64,000 nucleotides of DNA from Paraphysomonas bandaiensis (Eukaryota > Protista > Chrysophyceae). Positions within the stretch are counted from its first letter, which is position 1; each line of letters starts with the position of its first letter. The notes under the pieces are model-generated. The model was not told the origin of the DNA. It searched no databases and was given only the letters and a program-made list of their open reading frames with translations. The stretch covers positions 310,001-374,000 of the forward strand of contig CBFFRP010000296.1 of the NCBI GenBank assembly GCA_965644295.1, in the 5' to 3' direction. This document shows positions 1 to 12,419 of this stretch, piece by piece. Both the position numbers and the translations under genes were made by a program.

Positions 1-980
1 TCCATCACCCAAATAAGGGAAACTGCATTTCAATCGCATAAAAATGTGCTACACGAAATACAGAGAACTCAGACCTTACCCAACTGGATCACATCTGCAC
101 TACGGAGACTCTCCAGCAGAGCCTGGAATCCCTCCATCCCACAGGTCGAGAGATACTGGACTGGAACCATCACAGCAGCCCAACTGGAAACGGTCTTCGG
201 AGATGACATACACAACCACCTGACGGCTCACAGTCTACGGAACCTAGAAACAGTGGTTATTAATCTCCTGCAACCGCTTTACACTGCAGCGAAGCTTATG
301 TTACAGGATCGCGGTTGTCGCTATATCACCATGTCCAAAAGGCCGCCCAGGCTACTCCCGAGACCCCGTCCGAAACGCAGTCAGTCAAGACAACGTCCGA
401 GAGTCCTTCGACTACTAGGGGTCCAACGAAGACCCCCCACAGCGTATCCGACTCCAGACACACGTGCACACCTCACAGGTCCTACCCGACAGAGCACTGG
501 ACTGCCCAGACCTCCACAACGCCGACGGCTTCGACAACTCTATCTACACCCGCGGCCCCACAGGAGCACAGTAACACATACTACAAACCCAACTCCTCCT
601 CCCAACAATCCCCACCACTCCCAACCCACACATCTGGAACTAGGTGCACTCAGGACCCTAATTCAGAATGCTGAGCCCCCTCCAAAACCAATGGAGACCC
701 ATCCCAAAGGGAGACCCCCAGATCAAAAGCGCCGGTGAGTCCACGGACACACGATAAAGGCGAATTTCATATCACACAAAAAGAACGGAAGTGGTTGCAC
801 CTTGGTGCTTGCGGCGACGCACAAGCAGCTTTCGTAGCGTTAAATAGTAGGATAAAAGAGTTTGTATTGATTAGTTACGGGTAGTGGTCTAACTAGTATG
901 ACTAGCATTCTTCTAGCCACTAATTGATGCAAGGTCTCAACGCCTATTGCTAAATAATCAGACATTCACTACTTCACTAG
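1..980 (+). mobile_element. 3' end of a non-LTR retrotransposon (LINE): C-terminal ORF part plus structured 3' UTR and (CTA)n-like tail
   Basis: C/A-rich ORF to 738 with the same composition as the RT-bearing LINE at 12420-14055. Its end (aatcagacattcactact, ~956-973) matches the end of that LINE (aataagacattcactact, ~14032-14050). 784-963 matches 21311-21491. Confidence 0.6.
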
Positions 981-1298
981 ATCCTGATGTGCCAGTGGAG
1001 AACGAGAAGTAGTTACGATTCTTAGTCTATTACTTCACTAACTTAGTAATTAAGGGAGTACTACACTACATATAACTTCTATCAGCGGTATTATCTACTT
1101 AGGTATTAATGAGCCATTGTAATTGCCGGGGCATTTTTGAAAAATGCCATTATAATTGTCGGGAACTGGACTACCAACGGGCCATTAATGGTTACCAGGC
1201 CTTGATTGGCGCTACCATTAATGGTAATTTATGACTATTATCTATTATAATTTTGCGGGGAACTTTCACCAATGGGCCACTAACGGTTGCCAGGCCCT
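981..1298 (-). mobile_element. Fragment(s) of the non-autonomous hAT/MITE family seen at 60107-60864
   Basis: Reverse complement of 981-1204 matches 60107-60286 (ctccactggcacatca, taccgct, cctaagtaga, ccattaatgg). TIR-like ends (ccaggccttg ~1204, ccaggccctg ~1298). Confidence 0.75.
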
Positions 1299-1847
1299 GG
1301 CTCAAACCTTGAAAGGACTGGGCGCTGTTTTGCTCCAAATATGTCCCTTCATCTTCAGCATCATTCGTCAGACCAAATTAATTCAACCAAATTGACTAGA
1401 TCCAATAATAATACCCAGGCAAAATAGGGATAAAAACTACTAGTATGTATCGAGTATAAGAGTTGTATACAGTATACAGAATTATAAAAGTAGATGCAAC
1501 AATGATGTCAGAAATTAATGGTTTCGGCTCTAATAGTCAAGTTCGAGGATTTATCTTTGCCCTATCGATTGGGCACCCAATGTGAAGAACTCGAGAAGTG
1601 TGCATTACAAGACGCTATATATTCCAAAGTGTATCACAAATCAGCGTGGGAACACCAATGGTGGTTTGTCTATAATAACAGAGAGCACCAACAAAAAAAC
1701 TACTTTGGTCGGAGAAGTTGTCGTTGCGTTGGCTGTCATCACAGCACACTGCAACTATAAATGTCTTCTCGCGCCAAATTGTTTAACGGACGTGACGTGA
1801 ACTATTATAACTCTGTTAGCATAGTACGGCTACAAACACTACACTAA

Positions 1848-4800
1848 TTAATGTGTAAAGTACACCGTTTTCACGTCATCTTGACCAAACTTTTCACCAC
1901 ACGCAGGACATTTTCGGTTCCTACTGCGGAGATTCTCATCAATGCATTCCTTGCAAAACATATGAAAACACCGAGTAATTGCCACTTGTTTAAATCTATC
2001 CTTGCACACCGAACACCGTAGCATGCTTAGCGTCATGTCTAGCATAGACGGCTCTTCATTTTCCTCAGATGGCTTGATCTCAGACACCATCTGCTCTGCC
2101 TGGGTGCGTCGGCATCTCTCTGCCTGCATTCTAAGTATACAAATATTACTATATCAACCGGAATTGAATAAATAAATCACTTATAAATTCATACAACAAT
2201 CTGAAGGTCATTCGTGACACAAACCTTTTCTTCCGCTCTGACTCACACTCATCAGATAATTCGTTACATCGATTCTTTAACTCCGACAATTTCTTTCTGT
2301 ACGCCATTAGGGCCTGTTCAGATTGGCTAAACTTCATCTCCAAGTCCTCCACTGTCTTATTGTGTGCTTCAGACGCAGTTCTGAGCTCCGTCAGGTTGGC
2401 CGTAGTTGATAATAACTCGTTACGAACGGCCTGTTCTGACTGCCGCATCAATGTAGCAGTCCCTTCAATTTGTTTTACATGTGCATTTAACTGTTCCAAT
2501 CTGGAGAGGGAGCATAATAATTATAAAATTAATATAAAGCGTTCAGAAAATATCAGGCATATGTACTACGAGTGTAGTACACCAGCTCGAAGTTACATTC
2601 CGTATCGAAGGAACTGACCTTTTCTTTATATCGGAATTCTTCTCCACCAATGCAGCTATGTCCTGATGCAGCTTTAAATTTTCTTGCGATAGTGCAATAT
2701 GCTTGTCTTGAACTTCCGCCAGTTGCTTTAATAATCTTGCATTCTGTTCCTTTGACTTCTCCTCATCAGCCGCTACCGCCTCAAGCTCCATTATTAAATC
2801 CTCCATATTGGCTTTAGCGTCCCTAAGCTCAGATTCTACATCTGACGCACGCGTCTGTGCTTGAGCTAATGCATGCTGAATGGCTGCTTTCCCGCTCCGC
2901 TGTACCTCTTCAGATGCAGGACTGGACTCATACACCATGCCTTCCTCTTGATCCGCAGCGGCTTCTCTTGCCCGTCGCTCCATTTCCGTCACCACAGTTT
3001 GCACCCTGTGTTCTAACTGTACCTCGCGATCTCGTGAGACAGCCAGATTCTTTTGTGTAAGCTCCAATGATTTATTCAAAGCAGTAATACGATCATTAAG
3101 TTTTGCTATACGACTGTGGGAGGAATCAATAAAGTTCTGCATCTCCGAAATCTGAGCAAAAGGAACACGCAAAATGAATATCAATAGAGTATTAATTTGA
3201 AATGAGAATGCATCTAACTACTATAGAATTATAGCGTGAATAAAAGGCGCTGATTCTCACCCGCAATTTCATGTCACTCATAGCCGCCGTTTCCACTTCA
3301 GCTTTTCTTAGCTTTTCGACAGCCTCATCCCTCTCCTCTCTACTTTTCTGTATACCTTCCTCAGCGGCGACAGAAATTTCCTCTATCTTATCTTCAGCCT
3401 TTTGTACTATTTCTTGTCTCATCCGCTCCAGATCGGTCACTGACGACTGAAGTGATGCTTTCTGGCAACGAGAGTATATCATTGTAATATACATGCCTAT
3501 ACCCCAACGTGAATACCTCTGCATTCAGTTCTGCAACTTGTTTGTTACACGCCTTTCGCAAATCTGCAAGTTGTTTCTGAACCCGGAGCAGCTCACCCCC
3601 TTCCTTCGAAATCTCCTGCTCTGACTATAACCACACATGTGAGACAAATGCTACAGTGATATATTTACACATGCATAATATAGTTTGAGCTGACCTGCTG
3701 TGACGACATGTATTCAGTAAGTGCTGTCTGAGCTTTCCGCGCACGTGACTCGGCATCAGCAATCTATAGTAGAAGATATCAGCAAATTTTCAACCAACAC
3801 CGCAGACCACGTTATACCTGCTGATTAAGAGTTTCAATTATCTCGTCATTCCTACCCGTCTGCTCTCTGTCAAGCACTTCATGCTGCTGCGCTGAGGACA
3901 CTTTTTCTGCAGTAACGTCCTCCGATATGTCCTCCGTCTCGCTAATTGAGGGAAGGTGTCCTGATACTTTATTGGAAGAAGAATGCTCCTTTGCCAACAA
4001 TGGGATGTCATGCGATGACGGATTGTCTGATAGGGAAGGAGTCGTGGCTGCTGTACCTTCAAATTTAGAGGCTGTAGATCCAATCAGAGGGGTACGCGAT
4101 GTATTAATGAGACGCTCCGCCTGACGCAGCTTTCGCTGCGTATATACGAGTTCACATTTAACATTTATTACTTCTTTCTGACATGCAACCAACTGGTCCT
4201 TGATGAGAAGTATCTCCGCCTGGGTAGCTCGAGTGCTTGACAGCGAATCAATTTTTTCGCATAGAAGTCCATTGGACTTATTATTGATGACAGTACAGAG
4301 CTTCTGAATTTGCTTCTTAGTGAACTCCAATTTTCCGGAGAGTTGATCTCTAACAGTATCCAATCCAATACTATCCATATCATCTAGACAGTGATTGCGT
4401 GCAACATCAATATCCTTTTCCGTGGACCACTCGTCCACATATAACGCATCTATAATACTGTGTGGTATGTTTTCAAAGTACGAACTTCCAGAATCAAGAA
4501 ATAGTTTTAGTAAACTGGAGAATGGCTCAGAGGTAGACATCTCTTTCTCTCCTATGGTTTGGAGCAAAGACGAAATGTCGCTCTCAAACTATCACATCAA
4601 GACAATATAAGAACCACTTCAATGACACCACACATGACACAATACACATATATTGCATACCTGGTTCCAAACTCTATCAATGAACCCTATAGTCTCCTCC
4701 AACTGAGCGTACTGTTTGTTGTATGTCTCTATACGAGATCTCAACTCTCTCAGTAATCGTCTCTGTCGTCTCAGTTCGATACTCATCTCTTTATTCTGAT

Positions 4801-5006
4801 GAACCAAATAGAGAGACGTGTCTGCAGATGAGTGACCCTATCAGAACCACCCCATCACATACACAAACACAAGCATACACAGGGCAGCATACCTCATCGC
4901 CTGTATGACTGTCTTTAGTTACATGACTGTCTGTATGGGCCCTCTTTAGTTTAGGAGGACTATCCACAGACAGCCCTTTGCCTATCTGCTGCGCTGATCG
5001 CTTCAT
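1848..5006 (-). CDS. BRE1: BRE1-like (RNF20/40) E3 ubiquitin ligase, multi-exon
   Basis: Long coiled-coil exons, N-terminal 'QNKEMSIEL...IDRVWNQ' block, and C-terminal C3HC4 RING 'LRCSVCKDRFKQVAITRCFHMFCKECIDENLRSRNRKCPACGEKFGQDDVKTVYF' typical of BRE1. Confidence 0.88.
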
Positions 5007-5287
5007 GAGCACAGAGAGGGCTGGGACATGGGGGTAGAGGTGAGAGGTGTGTGACTGATAGTGACTGGAGATAGTCTGTTAACAAGCATATACAGCACAC
5101 GCACATCCTCATACATAGACATACCATACATACTGCTGTACATATACATACATATACATACATATACATACGCCGCCGTACAGTTGATACTTCTACACAC
5201 ACGAGTGTGACACCAACTGAAAATATTTGAAATACTATACTGGTATACAGTCAGGAATACAGAGACTGGGCACAATTATTCTTGGTT

Positions 5288-5440
5288 GCTCTAGATATGC
5301 ATGATGAGGCTCTGGATATGCATGATGAGGCTCTGGATATGCATGATGAGGCTCTGGATATGCATGATGAGGCTCTGGATATGCATGATGAGGCTCTGGA
5401 TATGCATGATGAGGCTCTGGATATGCGTGATGAGGCTCTG
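5288..5440. repeat. 21-bp minisatellite (gctctggatatgcatgatgag) x ~7
   Basis: Seven near-perfect tandem units read directly, ~280 bp upstream of the BRE1 start. Confidence 0.95.
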
Positions 5441-6196
5441 TGTTAGTGAATGGCTTCAACGATAACCCCACAGAACCTACGCATGCTCATTACAAGCAGT
5501 TGAAATGGCTGAGGGGATGGTTTTATAGAGTGTTGTGTTCTGCATTATGGTTACACTGCTGGATAGAGCGTATGCAATATACTTACACTGATTGCGGTCA
5601 TACCTGTCGATATATGTATTGATTAATTGCATAGCGAAAGGTATGTCACTGGTGGTATCACTACTCTCTGGGTTAGCAGATTAACCTTCTTCATTGGGCG
5701 TCATACTTCGGAATGTTGTGAGATATTTCTCCGGTCGAACCCTCCATTCGCTACTATACTCTTACCCTGTGGACACTCACGGGAATTTTAAAGCATCATC
5801 TCTTAAGCTAAATGTTTTGATACTGGCTATTATGATTATTAACTATATACTTTTGTTGGTGGTGTTCGTTTTTTACGCTTACTTCAGAGCATCCATAAGA
5901 GCGAAGGTGGTCATCTCAGTGGATTGTTCTGTGTTTTAGTTTCAGCTATTCCTTCTAAGAACTATGCAGGAAACCGATAGGCTATAGAATTATATAGATT
6001 GTCCCATTCGTGTTCAGAAAAAATATATGACTCCATGTTCACCATGAAAACGAGAATAGTTATAAGTTATAATTTCAAATGATCCACAACAACCATAAAA
6101 TAATATGTTATTTCAAGCCAATTATATGCGTTTTAATAATATGGGCTCGTGAAAAGCGCCACAGCAACAAGCTGAGACATCGGTGTGCAGCAGTCT

Positions 6197-7330
6197 TTAG
6201 AGTGTTTTCACGTTTTCCACAGGGATACCTGTGACAGTCGAGACTGAATGATCTCCGGGAGCATAATGAACGGCCGATGGAACCACTTCACCACGAATGT
6301 ATTGAGCTGAATTTGTTGAGTTACAGTACCTTGGTGGTACCCCACCACTTACGGAGTTCATCTCAACACCACCTACCGGCTGTTGTGTTGCGATGGTGTT
6401 GAATATCGTGACGCCCCCAGGAGCCCCGACTGATACTACCGTCGGGGTAGAGGAAATACGTGGAGTATACCCTGCTAAGTACCTCCTTTCAAGTGTATCT
6501 TCCTGCGCTTCCTCACGAATGTTGACTTCTTGAGATAACTGCATCGATACCGCGACGAACAAGCCATAGACACACACATAAATGGGACAAAATGAACCCC
6601 CCACGAAGTCCGCGAAGCACTTAAGGGCATATGGAACTACGCACTCTTCCACAAGATCATTCCCTTTTATTCTGTACTGGTAGCGAATCATATTGCGGGC
6701 TGTGCATAGATTTACGCACAGACACCTGCGAATTCACATGAACTCAACATCATCGACAATATGTCGACTCACCCCATGTACCATGGCATCCCCATTGACT
6801 TGTTAAGCATGTCTCCAATAGAGCATGGCATACAAAAAAATGAGTACAGACATTCACTCCAGCCTAAGCTATTTCCAAGTGGGGTGCTAAATGACCCAGT
6901 GTTGTACGCATTCCCACCATCAGTAACAGGTGAGCCAAATCGTTTTGTCGTCTGATACAACTGGTTGGCTGAACAGCACGGACAAAATGTTGTCATGTAG
7001 CAATCTGTACATGAACATGATCAGTTCTCTGCTTACATTAGAATAAGAAACACACCATTACACCCGTCTCCCTGAATACCATACGAGCTCCTCACCATCC
7101 ATCTGAACACAAGACGTCACCCACATCGCTTCAATACATACCACTCACCTTGTCGCCACACATGAGGGGCAGAAGAAGTTAAACAAACAAGAGCTTCCGT
7201 CAAGATAGGTGCGAGCTTGCGCCACTGCGCATGGGGCACAGCACCAGGAGAACACACACGCGTCCATCTCTCCGACATCACAGATCGAGATCGCAAATTC
7301 TGGATTATTTGATGTAGGAACACGTTCCAT
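6197..7330 (-). CDS. Cys-rich protein with two tandem PLAC8 domains, multi-exon
   Basis: Two CCxPC/FCxPC motifs ('FSWCCAPCAVAQ', 'FFCMPCSIG'), each followed by R..Y.I.G and a 'FCPCC'-like block. Low-complexity C-terminal tail. Confidence 0.8.
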
Positions 7331-7504
7331 GATGTGGAATAACAATAAGAAGGGGGTTACTTCCTATTCCAGTCCACGATACAGAGTATATATAACCACC
7401 GCACTCTTCTACTGTGCGTGTACCTGACTGTATATCGAGATAATTATATAAAATCTATAGACACCACCAGGAGAACACATGCGGGTGAAGTGGGAAATTT
7501 CTGT

Positions 7505-7897
7505 GTATGTATGTATGTACGTATGTATGTATGTATGTACGTATGTATGTATGTATGTATGTATGTATGTATGTATGTATGTATGTATGTATGTATGTAT
7601 GTATGTATGTATGTATGTATGTATGTATGTATGTATGTATGTATGTATGTATGTATGTAGGTAGGTAGGTAGGTAGGTATGTATGTATGTATGTATGTAT
7701 GTATGTATGTATGTATGTATGTATGTATGTATGTATGTATGTATGTATGTATGTATGTATGTATGTATGTATGTATGTATGTATGTATGTATGTATGTAT
7801 GTATGTATGTATGTATGTATGTATGTATGTATGTATGTATGTATGTATGTATGTATGTATGTATGTATGTATGTATGTATGTATGTATGTATGTATG

Positions 7898-7929
<32 letters not shown>

Positions 7930-8077
7930 TGTATGTATGTATGTATGTATGTATGTATGTATGTATGTATGTATGTATGTATGTATGTATGTATGTATGT
8001 ATGTATGTATGTATGTATGTATGTATGTATGTATGTATGTATGTATGTATGTATGTATGTATGTATGTATGTATGTA
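7505..8077. repeat. (TATG)n microsatellite with an internal (TAGG)n patch
   Basis: ~570 bp read directly; lies between the divergent PLAC8 and PSMB5 starts. Confidence 0.98.
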
Positions 8078-8157
8078 CAGGTAGTAGTGTAGAGGGTATG
8101 TATGTGTGTTGTTTATATATTAATATTCATATAAATATACACATAACAGCAAGTAGC

Positions 8158-9500
8158 ATGACATCAATAGGAAGTAATATTCTAGATATTGGGACATCCA
8201 AGTGGGGTGCGGATGCCAATAGGATGGAGCATGTGGATGATTCTATGGTTCCGTCGCACATGATGTTGCCTGCTGTGCAGAATGTGAGTGTCTCTGCAGC
8301 TGCCTGACTCGCCTCTTATCTGGTGTTGCTTCATATGCAGCCTGCGGAATTTTGCCGCACAAACTTTTCGGTTGAGAAGGGTAAGGATTATGAGCAGGAT
8401 ATTAAGTTCTTTAAGGGCACCACTACTCTTGCGTTCAAGGTGAGCAGATGTGCGGAACATGAACACGTGACTGATATATATGCAGTTTCAAGGTGGCGTA
8501 GTGGTGTCTGTGGATAGTAGAGCTACACAGGGTCCATATATTGGTACGTTATGATTTTTATTTATTTTTGCAAAATAATATTTTATATTTCAGCCTCACA
8601 GTCCGTGAAGAAGGTTATTGAAATCAACCCATTCCTTCTCGGTACAATGGCTGGTGGGGCAGCTGATTGCCAATTTTGGGAACGCGATCTTGGCCGCCAG
8701 TGTCGTCTTTATGAGCTCAGAAACAAGGAGAGGATTTCTGTAGCAGCCGCGTCAAAGCTGCTCTGCAATACAATGTACGCGATTTCCTAATATTGGAAAT
8801 AACTGGTTGACTTGCATTGTGTTGAGATGCTCGGTATTATATATATATGACCGCAAGCATGAAAGAAGGAACACGTACACTATTAGCTTGTTAATGGTAA
8901 CCCTTGTGTAGGTATGCATACCGCGGGTACGGTCTAAGTATGGGTACAATGGTGACAGGATGGGACAAAACCGGCCCCCAACTCTATTATGTAGACAATG
9001 ATGCTACCCGTATTCATGGTGACCTTTTCAGTGTTGGCTCGGGGTCTACATATGCCTACGGTGTGCTTGACAAGTGAGTGTTTTTTGTTCACCTTCGCTT
9101 TGAATGTTCTACTCCTATACTTATATGAGTTCTGGTCATCATATTAAAGTTTTTCGTAACTTGTTCTGTAGCCATTATCGCTACGACTTATCGGTGGAGG
9201 AAGCTATTGAATTGGGAAAACGCGCAATATTGCATGCGACTCATAGAGATGCCTATTCCGGTGGAATCAATAATGGTAAGACTCTTATATATATGCGGTA
9301 TTTTAGAATACCTTGTTGTGGAGTTTCCCTAGCTGACATATTTCATACAATATTTGTTTGATTGTATCGTCCTAGTGTACCACGTTGGTGAGAATGGTTG
9401 GACCAAAGTGTGGAGCAATGACACCACGGATATGTACTACAACTACTACCCACTTCCCATAACCGTACAGGATGGTGAAGAAGAGAAAATGATTATGTAA
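8158..9500 (+). CDS. PSMB5: 20S proteasome subunit beta type-5, multi-exon
   Basis: Propeptide then '[10 protein letters not shown]', 'VDSRAT', '[30 protein letters not shown]', '[14 protein letters not shown]', '[11 protein letters not shown]'. GT-AG introns join these in frame. Confidence 0.95.
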
Positions 9501-10307
9501 ACTACATACTTTCGTGACTGAGTTCTTAATTATGGTAGATAGTATTGGGACTAATGGTAATGGTGTGTGTGGACGGAATCTGTTGGGTTTGGAAGCCACT
9601 AATAAGAAACTTCCTGTCCATATGTAATAACGCCACGCGATGTGTTGAATTTCTCTATACCTACATATGATGAAATATTTAGTCTAGTCTAATTGGTTGA
9701 ATTACCTAGTCACACTAAATTCTTTTTTCCATTGATTACACATTGTGACATTATTGCTCACACCACACCAGGGCTGTGTAACAATTAATTGCAATTATTA
9801 TTTCTAGAAGCTAGAAGCGCAATATTATATTAAGTGCTCAAGTATAGGACCATCATTAATATATGTATATATGTTCAATCTGAGTCTGAGAGAGTTTATA
9901 ATAGAAAGCTTCATTGACGACGTCTACCAGAAAGTCAGGTAACTGCAGAAGCAGGAAGCAGATATAAATATCGTGACGGTGAATCATCAATAATCAAATA
10001 TGATAAATCTCAACACTTCTCTATCTGCTGGTGAGCATCTGTTCTCAAAAACATCTGTTTATTATATGTTCACCAGTCAGCCCTAACTCTTATAATATTT
10101 ATTACAGTCATATATCAGTAACTGAATTTACTTCTATATTCACCAGTTACACCTATGAGTTGATTGTCCAATAATAGATCCTTAATAATATTGGTAAATT
10201 TTAAAAACAAATGAAAAATAAGTTTGAAATTAATAGTATATACATAAACTCAGGGTCCTTCCCTCGCACCTTTGTGTGGTACAAGGTACACTGATATAAG
10301 TGTCACT

Positions 10308-12139
10308 CAGGGATAGGGAACAATATATTGTATTGCAATATATTGTACAATATATTGCAATATATTGTAAAATATATTGATTGGTGGACTGGTCAAATAT
10401 TCCATCAATAGTGTTTCTGTTAATAGAGCTCACAATACTATTGCAATATATTGCAATCAATATTATGATAGTCATATAAGAGAAGATCCTCAACTGTATG
10501 GTGCAAAATATACGCCTCTGTATACAAATATCCGGAAAATAAGAAAAAAAGCCTATTTTTGATGTTATTTTCTATTTTTTATGTATCGCCAGCTCAAACA
10601 GCACTCTACACCTCTCCACATGTATGTACAGTACTTCTCTTAATATAGTATATATATCCTATAGTGACAAGAAGAGACAACTGAATGATGAGTGCATACA
10701 AGAGTAGGGACATTTACCGCTGTTTTTGGAGTCCGGTCGAAGGTGTCCCGAACAAACACGAGTGTAAAATCTGCGGACGTAAACGACAACAGAATATTCG
10801 GAATGGATACAACAATCTAAAGGATCACACTTTCTCTCATGATGTGTGGGAGGAGACATTGAAGAGGTATTTACGGGCTGTCTGCACCAATGGTCCCATG
10901 GATGCTTTTGTTCTGCAGCCTTCAGACAAGGCGAAAACAATTTATGAGTGGGTGGAGTGGATTGTCGAGGAAAATCTTCCATTAAATTTCTGTGAGAAGA
11001 AATTAACTAGAAATAAGACTTCTTTGGGTAAGATAACTACAAAAACACTGAAAAAATATATGAGACTGTTGGAACTGAAGCTACGTGATATGATTAAAGA
11101 TATATTACCACCAACATTTGGTCTAGTCATGGACGGTTGGACGTCGGACTCCCACCACTACAGTGCAATATTTGCAACCTTTTGCGACCGAACCAATACT
11201 CCGAATTTGTTATTGTTGTCTTGTAATGTGCAAGAGGATATTGATGACAACACTGTTTTCGATGAAGATCTACCTGATGAAGAGAAATTCTACGGATTCA
11301 CTGCTGCGGATTGGTTTGATACTATCGTAGAAGTTCTCAATAAATTTGGAGTTGAGGTTAACGCTGACAATGTTTGCGACATTGTTGAGTTTTATCTTGG
11401 AGATAACTGTGCTACAAACAGAAAATTGGCTACTGATTCTGGTAACACCGTATTACTTGTGTGAAATTGTCGAATGTTATAATATATATTAGGTGTACCC
11501 CTAGTTGGATGTGCATCTCACCGACTAAATCTCGCTGTCAATGAACTCATTGGCAGCAAAGAGAAGAGGAATAACCAAGGAGATGTGACAAGATCTGACG
11601 AAGGCATTAGGCCTCTTAAGAAGCGAAAAGTTGAAATATCTAAGTACAGGTGCACGAGTCATGTAGTATGTACTTCCAATACGTGTGAACGCCTGTTCAG
11701 CGCAGCAAAACTGATTATATCAGTGTTGCGCAAACGTATGCATCCTACTACACTTAATATGCTGTTGTTTCTGAAAGCTAACCGACATGTCAGTTGTGGC
11801 CGGATGCAAGCATATTTCAATCAATATTGAATGAATATGGTGATGATGATGTCACCGATGATGGCTCAGAGGATGAGTATGAGGAAACTTTTAATTAGTT
11901 AAGAGTAGTGGGTTTGATTATCAAGTGACCTTAGACCTTATAAAATATGGCAAGTACTAAAAATGAAAACTACGGATGTGTTTACTTACTGATTAGTCAT
12001 ACTAATATATTGCAATATATTGTACAATATATTGCAATATATTGCAATAGTATTGTAGGGCCGGTTTAAAAAATCCATCAATACTATTGATGGAACGCTA
12101 CCTAACAATAGTATTGCAATATATTGTTCCCTATCCCTG
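10308..12139 (+). mobile_element. hAT DNA transposon, internally deleted
   Basis: Perfect 23-bp TIR cagggatagggaacaatatattg; 8-bp TSD gtgtcact (10300-10307 and 12140-12147); subterminal (tattgcaata) repeats. Transposase has a BED finger (CKIC...HxxxxH), 'DGWT', 'GDNCATN', 'GCASHRLNLAV' and the hATC motif 'SNTCERLFS'. Confidence 0.95.
10685..11830 (+). pseudogene. hAT transposase with central deletion
   Basis: ORF 10685-11464, a probable short intron (~11442-11492), the CxxH motif, then an almost immediate jump to the C-terminal dimerisation region. The insertion domain is missing. Confidence 0.85.
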
Positions 12140-12400
12140 GTGTCACTTGTGTATTGTCATCTTTGGGCCTTGATAAATAAACAGGCATCCGGGGTATTGA
12201 GCTGCCTCCTGAAGTCAAGCATCCGGGCTGTTCACCTCTCTTAAGGACTCAAAAATCCTGCAGTCAGCAGATGTCAGGTATATCAACATTCTGCTTGGTC
12301 ACTGCGTTTGCTTTGAGTGATAGAGCGGAGGTGACTGCACCTTGGCGCATGCGGTGACGCACAAGCAGCTTTCGTAGGATATCAGAGTTAAGCACAGACA
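12140..12400 (+). repeat. Copy of dispersed structured repeat family A (left part at 10262-10307), split by the hAT insertion
   Basis: Near-identical to 22100-22385 (atccggggtattgagctgcctcctgaagtcaagcatccgggctgttcac...). The 5' piece ctcgcacctt...tgtgtggtacaa lies just left of the hAT. Confidence 0.9.
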
Positions 12401-12419
12401 CTTAAACGTCTACTATTTG

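Noticed and set aside
5288-5440. CRISPR array, hammerhead ribozyme or C/D snoRNA in the 21-bp repeat
   Set aside because: No unique spacers and no cas genes in a eukaryotic context. The core is CATGATGAG, not CTGATGAG, and no GAAA or box D partner is present.
7418-8307. Long 'MYVCMYVC' / 'HTYIHTYI' ORFs (also at 23456-24135 and 58427-58921)
   Set aside because: They are translations of the stop-free (TATG)n microsatellite, not supported genes.
8410-8440. KGTTTL instead of HGTTTL at the proteasome beta5 processing site
   Set aside because: The catalytic Thr and Gly(-1) are intact, and from recall this variant occurs in other protists; not clearly unusual.
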